From the NCBI GenBank assembly GCA_963977445.1, contig CAXBPH010000251.1:1-10245 (forward strand): 10,245 nucleotides of DNA, given 5' to 3'. The notes under the pieces were generated by a model. The model did not search any database and was not told the DNA's origin. It saw only the letters and a list, made by a program, of their open reading frames with translations. This document shows, piece after piece, positions 1 through 6,752 of the stretch. Made by a program: the position numbers and the translations under genes. The DNA comes from an uncultured bacterium (lineage in GTDB: Bacteria > Hydrogenedentota > Hydrogenedentia > Hydrogenedentales > JAEUWI01). Numbering within the stretch: position 1 is the stretch's first letter; each line of letters starts with the position of its first letter.

Positions 1-2
1 TT

Positions 3-2252
3 ATAAGTTTTTCCCAGCTAATCTCCGTAGGTGCCGTGCCCCTGGATGAATCGCCGGCAAGCGCGGGTGAATGGGGCTATCGTCCGGCCAATGGCAGCAC
101 CACCATGTCCAATCCACCTGCTTTTGTGTGGCGACCGGTTAAGGACGTGGGGAGCTATGTGGTGGTGGTGGCCCGGGACACCGCCTTTCAGGAGGATGTT
201 CAGACCTGGAAGGAACTGCCCTGGTCTTCCTTTGCCCCCGACGCAACCCTGGCATCGGGGGACTGGTTCTGGCGCTATGCGGCGGTGGATGACGCAGGTG
301 TTCAAAGCAACTGGAGTCAGGCACGGGCCTTTACCGTGGCCCCGGAAGCAAAAGCCTTTCCCAAGCCCGATAGAGCGGAGCTGGTGCGTCGTATTCCCGA
401 ATCCCACCCCCGACTCTTCATTCGCCCCGAAGAAGTAGGCGGACTTCGTGACGCCACGGAAGGGCGACTGAAGGTCCAGCGAGATGGCCTCATTGCCCGT
501 GCAGAAAAACTCCTGGCCTCTCCCCCCGACACCACCGAGCCGCCCACCTACCCGAAAGGCACGGTGACAAAGAGCAAAGAGTGGAAGACAATCTGGTGGG
601 GCAATCGCACCCGGGCCATCGCGGTCACGGACAGTGCAGCGACCCTGGCCTTCGCGTACCAGCTTACGGGCGAAAAGAAGTACGGTGACGGTGCGAAAAA
701 GCTGCTTCTGGCCTTTTGTGAATGGGACCCCCGGGGCGCGACGGGTTATGCCTACAACGACGAGGCGGGTATGCCACTCCTGTATTACCCCGCCCGCGCC
801 TATACCTGGGCCCACGACCGATTCAGTCCCGAAGAGCGAAAGAAAATGGTCGAGATCATGACCATTCGCGGCGGGGATTGTTTCCAGCACCTGAACAACA
901 GAAATCATCTCTGGAATCCCTATGCCAGTCATTCCAACCGGGCCTGGCATTTTCTCGGCGAGGTGGCGATAGCGTTCCAGGGGGAGATTCCCGAAGCCGA
1001 CCAATGGTTGGACTATGCCATGACCATTTTCTACACCTGCTATCCCGTGTGGGGCGGCGAAGATGGCGGCTGGCACGAGGGGCTGGCCTATTGGTCCAGT
1101 TATATGAGTCGCTTCATGTACTGGGCCTTCGCCTCCCAGGCCGCCTTCAATATCGACCCCTTCGAGAAGCCCTTCTTCGCCACCACGGGTTATTACGCCC
1201 TATATTCCATGCCACCGGGAACCTTGGAAGGGGCCTGGGGTGACCAGGCGCAAAACATGTCCTCCGCCAAGATCGCCAACCTGATGCAGACCTTTGCGGC
1301 CGGCGCGCGGAACCCCCACTGGCAGTGGTATGCCCAGGTAAACGGCGCGGTTACGCCGGGTAGCTACATGGGCATCATCCAATCCTTCCGCAGTGGCGAT
1401 CTGGTTGCAAAAGTGCCCGAAAAACTACCGTCCTCCCAGGTTTTCCCGGCAGCGGGCCTCGGTATCCTCAATACAGACCTTCTGGATGGGAGCAGCAATA
1501 TCCAAATCCAGATGAAGAGCAGTCCCTTTGGACGCCAGAGCCACGGCTACAACGCCAACAATGCCTTCCTCGTCAGCATGGCAGGGGAGCGGGTCTTCCG
1601 GAAAACCGGCAAGCGCGATGTCTATGGCAGTCCCCACCATAAAGAGTGGATGTGGGAAACCAAGTCGGACAACGCGATTCTCGTCAATGGAAAAGGCCAG
1701 ACACCACACAGTGCGTCGGCGACGGGCCGCATCACCAACTTTCAAACGTCGGATACTCTCGACCTGCTTGTGGGAGAAGCGGGGGATTCCTATGACAATC
1801 TGAATCGGTGGACCCGCCGTATCTTTTTTCTGAAGCCCTGGGCCGTCGTGATTCACGATGTCCTCGAAGCACCGGAAGCGTCGGATTTTCAATGGCTCCT
1901 CCACAGCACGGGCAACTTCACCATCGACGACAACGGTGCCTATTGGCAGGGCAAGCCCGGCACGGTTGACGTGGAGTTTGTCTATCCCGAGAAGCTCAAC
2001 ATTACCCAGACCAAAGAATACGACACGCCACCCCACGAATGGGCCAAGTTCGAATTGGATGAAGTGCACCTGACAGCCGCGACGAAGGAAAAGTCGAAGA
2101 AACAAGAGTTCATCACAATTCTGTCGTTTAACGATGCCGACGTGGAACACAAGTATCAGCGGAAAGACGGCGTAACAACCCTGGCCATCGGCCTGCCCGA
2201 TCGTGCCGTGGCCCTCCAGCTTAGTCCGGAAAAATTTGAGGTGCGTGAGTAG
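3..2252 (+). CDS. DUF4962 / heparinase II/III-like polysaccharide lyase (PL15 oligo-alginate lyase-like); probably 5'-partial and exported
   Basis: The 738-aa ORF is called from GTG 36, but the frame is open to the window edge (3-35 reads ISFSQLISVGA, like the end of a signal peptide), so the true start is probably upstream. Motifs of heparinase II/III-fold lyases: HPRLF, NPYASHSNRAW, DGGWHEGLAYW, SPFGRQSHGYNANNAF, SDNAILVNGKGQ, WTRRIFF, FQWLLH. Stop TAG 2250-2252. Confidence 0.85.
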   Translation: MSFSQLISVGAVPLDESPASAGEWGYRPANGSTTMSNPPAFVWRPVKDVGSYVVVVARDTAFQEDVQTWKELPWSSFAPDATLASGDWFWRYAAVDDAGVQSNWSQARAFTVAPEAKAFPKPDRAELVRRIPESHPRLFIRPEEVGGLRDATEGRLKVQRDGLIARAEKLLASPPDTTEPPTYPKGTVTKSKEWKTIWWGNRTRAIAVTDSAATLAFAYQLTGEKKYGDGAKKLLLAFCEWDPRGATGYAYNDEAGMPLLYYPARAYTWAHDRFSPEERKKMVEIMTIRGGDCFQHLNNRNHLWNPYASHSNRAWHFLGEVAIAFQGEIPEADQWLDYAMTIFYTCYPVWGGEDGGWHEGLAYWSSYMSRFMYWAFASQAAFNIDPFEKPFFATTGYYALYSMPPGTLEGAWGDQAQNMSSAKIANLMQTFAAGARNPHWQWYAQVNGAVTPGSYMGIIQSFRSGDLVAKVPEKLPSSQVFPAAGLGILNTDLLDGSSNIQIQMKSSPFGRQSHGYNANNAFLVSMAGERVFRKTGKRDVYGSPHHKEWMWETKSDNAILVNGKGQTPHSASATGRITNFQTSDTLDLLVGEAGDSYDNLNRWTRRIFFLKPWAVVIHDVLEAPEASDFQWLLHSTGNFTIDDNGAYWQGKPGTVDVEFVYPEKLNITQTKEYDTPPHEWAKFELDEVHLTAATKEKSKKQEFITILSFNDADVEHKYQRKDGVTTLAIGLPDRAVALQLSPEKFEVRE

Positions 2253-2300
2253 CCAGGGGTTGCACCCATCCCACAAAAATTATGATTTATGGACAAGTAA

Positions 2301-2561
2301 TGGGTGCCAACAAAGAGTCACTCCGCCAAAACAAACTGAACCCACCAATCGTGCCGCGCGATCCGGTATTTCCGGTCGAAGATGCGCCGCAGGAGGATTC
2401 GTGCGCGGGTTGGGCGATACGACTACGCCTTTACATCAAGGTCAAGGCCAAGCAAAATGCACTATTCTCAATGACCTAGTGAAGACTTCTTACAAAGACA
2501 TAGACCCTAACGACGTCTCACAGTTCCTTCGCACGAACTGGAGTACCAGATCGCGCGGCAC
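2301..2561. repeat. REP/BIME-like mosaic, locus 1: 50-nt spacer, REP (+, interrupted), 124-nt linker, REP (-)
   Basis: 2301-2350 matches 9957-10006 at 39/50 without gaps. The forward unit spans 2351-2405 with its right arm split by a 22-nt insert. The reverse unit 2530-2561 is the reverse complement of GTGCCGCGCGATCTGGTACTCCAGTTCGTGCG. Linker 2406-2529 is homologous in reverse complement to 10121-10226. Lies between convergent stop codons. Confidence 0.9.
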
Positions 2562-2696
2562 GTCCATGGTTTGTCGTTCTTACTGTAAAAAGTTGTGTGA
2601 CTACATGGTTCGCAAGAACCCTTCGAGTCGTCCTTTTACCTCCGGCACTCGAAGTATCAAATAATTCACCCCCACTAAATGTCCACGAACCAAAAT

Positions 2697-3800
2697 TCAC
2701 GGTCGATTCTGGCCCAGCCTTCGCGCTGCGGCCAGAATTTTTTCTGCCGTATTCTCCCATCGAAATTGTTGGGATTGCACGTGTCCCCGCTCTTCACACT
2801 GTTTGCGCAGACCTTCGTCGGTGAGTAGTCGTTCGAGACCTTCGGCGATAGCGCCCGTGTCGTCCGGAGCGACCGTGACCCCGGCATCGCCGACGATTTC
2901 CGGCAGGGACGAGACGTTGGACGTTAAGACGGCCGTTCCCACCGCCATCGCTTCGGCCACGGGGAGTCCGAAGCCTTCCCACAGAGAGACAAGGGCCAAT
3001 ACATCGGCCTTTGCCATCAGGGCGGCCAGGGCATCCTCGGGCACGTAGCCCAGGCGATAGATGCGGTGAGACAGGGGCGAGGCCGCAATGGCGCGGTGGG
3101 TGGCCTCGGCCTGCCAGCCATCGGCACCGGCCAGGACGAGATGGTGGGGGAGCTCGGGGTGGGTCGTGCAGACCTGGGTGAAGGCTTCTATCAGGCGAAC
3201 CAGATTTTTTCGGGGTTGGACCTGGCCTACATAGAGCACAAAGCGATCCGGGAGCCCGGGGATTGTAGTCGCCGGTGCCTCGGAAAGGTTCAGGAAGTGG
3301 TCGGCGATACCCAGTGGGACCACCGTAATGTTTTCGCGAGCGACGCCGTAGTAGATTCCCAACGACGTGGCGGTAGATTCACTGATGGCGACGAGGTGTC
3401 CGGCCCCACGGATGGCATGGGACGTTTTCAGCCTCATGCCCAGGCGCTTCCGCCAGGGGAAATAGTCCGGGTGACTGCAAACGGCCAAATCGAGTACGGA
3501 AACCAGCGCGGGACAGGGGCACCGCCAGGGCAGCTGGGCCACGGGCGAAAAAAAGACATCCGGCGTATCGCGGCGGAGCTCTTTGGCCAGTGCCCGGTGG
3601 AGCCAGAATCGGCACCTCGGTAGCACCCGGATTTCTCCGTTGGTTTTCGGAAAGTCCGAGTGAGGTTCTTCGTCAAGATAAATGCGGAGCGTTGGTTCTT
3701 CCGCCAGCGCCCCCATGGCACGGAGCAGTTCCCGACAATATCGCCCTGCCCCTGCGGGGTGGCGGGCGTTGGCGAGCCGTCCGTCGATGCCCAGGATCAT
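2697..3800 (-). CDS. Glycosyltransferase family 4 (GT-B fold, MtfB-like), 367 aa
   Basis: N-terminal MILGIDGR..GAGRYCRELL, then SVLDLA, AISESTA, LYVGQVQPRKNLVRLIEAF and the GT4 EX7E motif SLWEGFGLPVAEAMAVGTAVLTSNVSSLPEIVGDAG. The ATG overlaps the flippase stop (ATGA, 3800-3797). Confidence 0.93.
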   Translation of the reverse strand: MILGIDGRLANARHPAGAGRYCRELLRAMGALAEEPTLRIYLDEEPHSDFPKTNGEIRVLPRCRFWLHRALAKELRRDTPDVFFSPVAQLPWRCPCPALVSVLDLAVCSHPDYFPWRKRLGMRLKTSHAIRGAGHLVAISESTATSLGIYYGVARENITVVPLGIADHFLNLSEAPATTIPGLPDRFVLYVGQVQPRKNLVRLIEAFTQVCTTHPELPHHLVLAGADGWQAEATHRAIAASPLSHRIYRLGYVPEDALAALMAKADVLALVSLWEGFGLPVAEAMAVGTAVLTSNVSSLPEIVGDAGVTVAPDDTGAIAEGLERLLTDEGLRKQCEERGHVQSQQFRWENTAEKILAAARRLGQNRP

Positions 3801-5314
3801 GAGGTGATCTCCCTGGTTTCACTGGACACCGTAGTCGCACCCGCAGCGAAGCATGCCGCAGGAAAAATAACGGCCACCACGAGGCGCGGGACCATGGCAT
3901 CACCAAGCCAATAAAACAGGCCGAGGGCCACGCAAAAGAAAAGATGAACCCTAAGCAGCACCGTGCCCTGTTGTGCGATACCCGCGCGAAGGACCGCGAC
4001 CTGTTGCAGGGCCAGGCTGAAGGTTGCGGCGGCCACGGCACTCCACCCGGCACCGACAATGCCGAAGCGAGGCACGAGTACCAGGTTCAGCGTCAGGCTC
4101 AGAAGACCCAGGCCGAGATTGATGTGCATAACCGTCTTTGGCCTGTCGAGGGCAATCAAGGCCTGGCCTATTATCCCCGCCTGCACCGCGAGACAGGTCG
4201 CAATGAGCAAGAGTCCCAGGGCCTGCGTTCCCGATTGGTAATCCGATGTAAAAAGGATGGCGAGCAGGGGGTTGGCCACGGCGATGAGGAAAAGGGTAAC
4301 GCCGTAGCCCGCCATGGCGGTGAGCGTCATGGTTTGTTGGATGAGCTGCCCGGCGGGGCCCGTGTTGCCGTCCCGAAGCCGTTCCGCGAGGGTGGGCAGA
4401 TAGGGAATCAGGGCCGCCCGGAGCACCCGCGACAGAAGTCCCGGCAGACGCTTGGCCATCTCGAATATGGCTGCCGTGCCCAGGTCAAGCCAGGCCACAA
4501 TCAGCAGGGTATCGACCCGTTGATAGACGAAATTCATGATGTTGTTTATGTAAAGGGGCGTAGCAAAGCGCAGGGCATTGGGGACCGCCCTGGGTTCGCG
4601 CCCCTTGGCGTCGTCGGGGCGGTGCAATCCACCGAGGAGCAGAACAATGCCGCCGATTCCCGCCAGACCATGGGCAAAGAGAAAAGCGATGGGTTGGGGC
4701 GAATCCAGTTGAAAGAGCGCAGTAAATTCGACGAGGAGCAGGCCCGGCATGAGCATCATGGCGCAGGCGCGACGTCGGTAGTATTGCCGTCCGGCCAATG
4801 CCGCCAGCAGGAAATCACGGAGGAGCACGACGACCACGAGAAGGGGAAGGGCCCCGGCCAGTGCGGGCGTGTCTGGCAAGATGAATTGAATCGACTGGGG
4901 CCACAGGGGGCGGGCCATCACGAGGAGCAGCACCAGGGTCGCCAGGGCGAGGGCAACACGAAACTGCAGGCGCAGGAGCCCACGGGTCAGGTGGTGCCCC
5001 TCATCTTCCTTTGCGGCCGCGAGCAATTTGGGCAGGGCCGTCGGGATGCCGAGTCCTCCAAACAAGCCCACAAACTCGGCGACGAGCAGGGTTAAAGCCA
5101 CCTGCCCCACACCCGCGGGCGGCAGACTGTTGGTGAGCAGTTTTCCCAGCGCGAGGAGGGCCACCGTGGCGAAGCCCACCGCCGCCACCGACCAGAGGCT
5201 GCCGGAACGGGTGGAGCCTTTCACGACGTCCCGGGGAGCCCGTTCATCGCGCCCGTGCACGGGGAGCATGGTGCTGCGGGGCCGTCGCTCATGCCCGATC
5301 CAGCTCCCGGGCAT
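3797..5314 (-). CDS. Wzx-type oligosaccharide flippase (MOP superfamily); start uncertain (5314, 5269 or 5224)
   Basis: Roughly 12-14 hydrophobic segments; Wzx-like motifs GLGIPTALPKLLA, LRFATPLYINNIMNFVYQRVDTLLI and LNLVLVPRFGIVGAGWS; located between a co-polymerase-like gene and a GT4 gene. Confidence 0.88.
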   Translation of the reverse strand: MPGSWIGHERRPRSTMLPVHGRDERAPRDVVKGSTRSGSLWSVAAVGFATVALLALGKLLTNSLPPAGVGQVALTLLVAEFVGLFGGLGIPTALPKLLAAAKEDEGHHLTRGLLRLQFRVALALATLVLLLVMARPLWPQSIQFILPDTPALAGALPLLVVVVLLRDFLLAALAGRQYYRRRACAMMLMPGLLLVEFTALFQLDSPQPIAFLFAHGLAGIGGIVLLLGGLHRPDDAKGREPRAVPNALRFATPLYINNIMNFVYQRVDTLLIVAWLDLGTAAIFEMAKRLPGLLSRVLRAALIPYLPTLAERLRDGNTGPAGQLIQQTMTLTAMAGYGVTLFLIAVANPLLAILFTSDYQSGTQALGLLLIATCLAVQAGIIGQALIALDRPKTVMHINLGLGLLSLTLNLVLVPRFGIVGAGWSAVAAATFSLALQQVAVLRAGIAQQGTVLLRVHLFFCVALGLFYWLGDAMVPRLVVAVIFPAACFAAGATTVSSETREITS

Positions 5315-6527
5315 AGACCCGCAAGGTCAACAAGGCGAAATACAAAATCATACCGAGGACGGCGCCCAGCAGGGCTGCGCCGCCTACCAGCACATAGCGA
5401 TGGGGCCCGGCCGGCGACTCCGGCGTGATGGCCTTGGCGGCGATACGGACGGGGTCCTGGAGCGTTTCGTTGGCGGATTTGGCATCTTCCAGGGCGGCGA
5501 TCACAGGTTTTACCCGGTCAACGGTAGCTTCGGCCTCTTCCAGCTTTCGTCGTGCCAACGCGCGATTGGCGGGGGCATCGGGGGTGTCCACGGGGGCCAG
5601 TGCCGCCACACGTTGGGCAACATAATCCCGTTCCGCCCGCGAACCGGCCAAGGTGGCTTCCAGATTGGCTTCGGTGACCGACAGCTCCATGACGACAGCC
5701 ACGGGTGCCTTCGAAACATAGGACTTCAGGGCGGTCAATGCGGCTTCGTCCCGTGCCAGGGTCTGCTCAAGGGATTGGAGGTGCTCTTTCAGTGCCCGGG
5801 CGGCCTCGGCCTGCTCCGATGCGCTCTGGGCGAGTCCATCTACGTCCGGGCCCTGGAGCAGTTCATCCTGCACGGCAACGGCGGCATCCAATTCGCCCCG
5901 CATGGCATCCAGCTTTGACTGAATAGCGACGGACCGTGCCTCACGATCCTCCTGGGCGATACTTGCGGCGAAGCTTTTGGCGGCTTCGGCCCAGGCATTG
6001 GCGGCAGCGGACGCGACTTCAGGGGCCTCGGCCGTGAATTCCAGGGATACGACCCGGCGATAGACGACGTTGTCGTGGGTCTGCAACGCGACCTGGGTTT
6101 TGGCCTCCATGGCATGACGGACCTCTTCGAGGGTCCATTCTTTGGGGGCGACACCCGTTTCGGTATAAATGGCACCAAGCCCATCCTTAAGTTGGGCGGC
6201 CATGGCGTCGGTGCGGAACAGGGTTGCGTAATCTGGCGGTGCAATGGTCCCTTGTGGTGCCGGGTGGGCTTTGGGGTCCATCCCGAGAGCCTTTTTTACA
6301 TCATGTCGCAGACTACCCATGGGTCCACCCATTCCAGGGCCCTGTTCGCTCGGGGGCGGGGCCATGGGGCCCGGAGCGAATCCCGTGTCCAGGAGCAGCG
6401 TTGCGGTGGCGCGATAGCCTTCCACCCGGTGCTCGGTCAGATACCAGGCACCACCGCCGGCAAGTCCGCCGACGAGGAGAACAAAAAAGACGAATCCGAA
6501 TAGAATTTTTGTGCCGCTTTTGGCCAT
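5289..6527 (-). CDS. Polysaccharide co-polymerase / chain-length determinant (Wzz/GumC-like), about 412 aa
   Basis: Start re-assigned from 6626 to ATG 6527 (MAKSGTKILFG), which follows a GAAGGA Shine-Dalgarno. An N-terminal TM helix is followed by YRATATLLL, a long Ala/Glu/Leu-rich coiled-coil region, a Pro-rich motif (VRIAAKAITPESPAGP) and a Gly-rich C-terminal TM (GGAALLGAVLG). No kinase domain. Confidence 0.78.
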   Translation of the reverse strand: MAKSGTKILFGFVFFVLLVGGLAGGGAWYLTEHRVEGYRATATLLLDTGFAPGPMAPPPSEQGPGMGGPMGSLRHDVKKALGMDPKAHPAPQGTIAPPDYATLFRTDAMAAQLKDGLGAIYTETGVAPKEWTLEEVRHAMEAKTQVALQTHDNVVYRRVVSLEFTAEAPEVASAAANAWAEAAKSFAASIAQEDREARSVAIQSKLDAMRGELDAAVAVQDELLQGPDVDGLAQSASEQAEAARALKEHLQSLEQTLARDEAALTALKSYVSKAPVAVVMELSVTEANLEATLAGSRAERDYVAQRVAALAPVDTPDAPANRALARRKLEEAEATVDRVKPVIAALEDAKSANETLQDPVRIAAKAITPESPAGPHRYVLVGGAALLGAVLGMILYFALLTLRVYARELDRA

Positions 6528-6561
6528 GGGGTATTCCTTCCAATAGTTCAATGATGGGCAC

Positions 6562-6590
6562 AGTATAACAACGGCTCTGGAAACGCACAA
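6562..6590 (-). promoter_or_regulatory. Putative sigma70 promoter for the wzz-like/flippase/GT4 operon
   Basis: Minus strand: TTGTGC (6590-6585), 17 nt, TATACT (6567-6562), with an extended -10 TG (TGTTATACT); 34 nt upstream of ATG 6527. Confidence 0.6.
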
Positions 6591-6686
6591 GCACCCGCAC
6601 CAATTTGAGGGCGATGGATTGACCATCGGTCTCGTCCCAAACTCAATTTATCGGTGGCCCGGACGATCATCCCATCCTTCCCGTTG

Positions 6687-6695
6687 TGTTAAGAT
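6687..6695 (+). promoter_or_regulatory. Putative extended -10 promoter for the alpha-mannosidase gene
   Basis: TG-T-TAAGAT at 6687-6695, 57 nt upstream of ATG 6753; no convincing -35. Confidence 0.4.
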
Positions 6696-6752
6696 CTTGC
6701 CCTGTAACTGCCCCAAGCTCCGGCGCGTGCCGTTGAACCCTGAAGGAATACC

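Noticed and set aside
2249..2270. GTAGCCAGGGGTTGCACCC as a GTAG-type REP
   Set aside because: Single copy, only a 4-bp stem, and the GTAG includes the lyase stop codon; too weak to call.
18..2276. Antisense ORFs 18-1076 and 1425-2276 and short alternative-frame ORFs
   Set aside because: They overlap the well-supported lyase gene, the two long ones in codon register, and show no protein motifs.
2203..2664. ORFs 2203-2664 and 2282-2479 across the intergenic region (likewise 9777-10067)
   Set aside because: They run through the repeat mosaic, whose homologous modules differ in orientation and by a 22-nt frame-breaking insert; no protein motif or clear RBS.
3066..6568. Plus-strand ORFs such as 3944-5095, 5028-5918 and 6075-6503
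   Set aside because: Shadow frames of the minus-strand operon with no recognisable domains.
6528..6626. 33-aa N-terminal extension of the Wzz-like ORF
   Set aside because: It overlaps the predicted promoter, and ATG 6527 has a good Shine-Dalgarno and directly precedes TM1.
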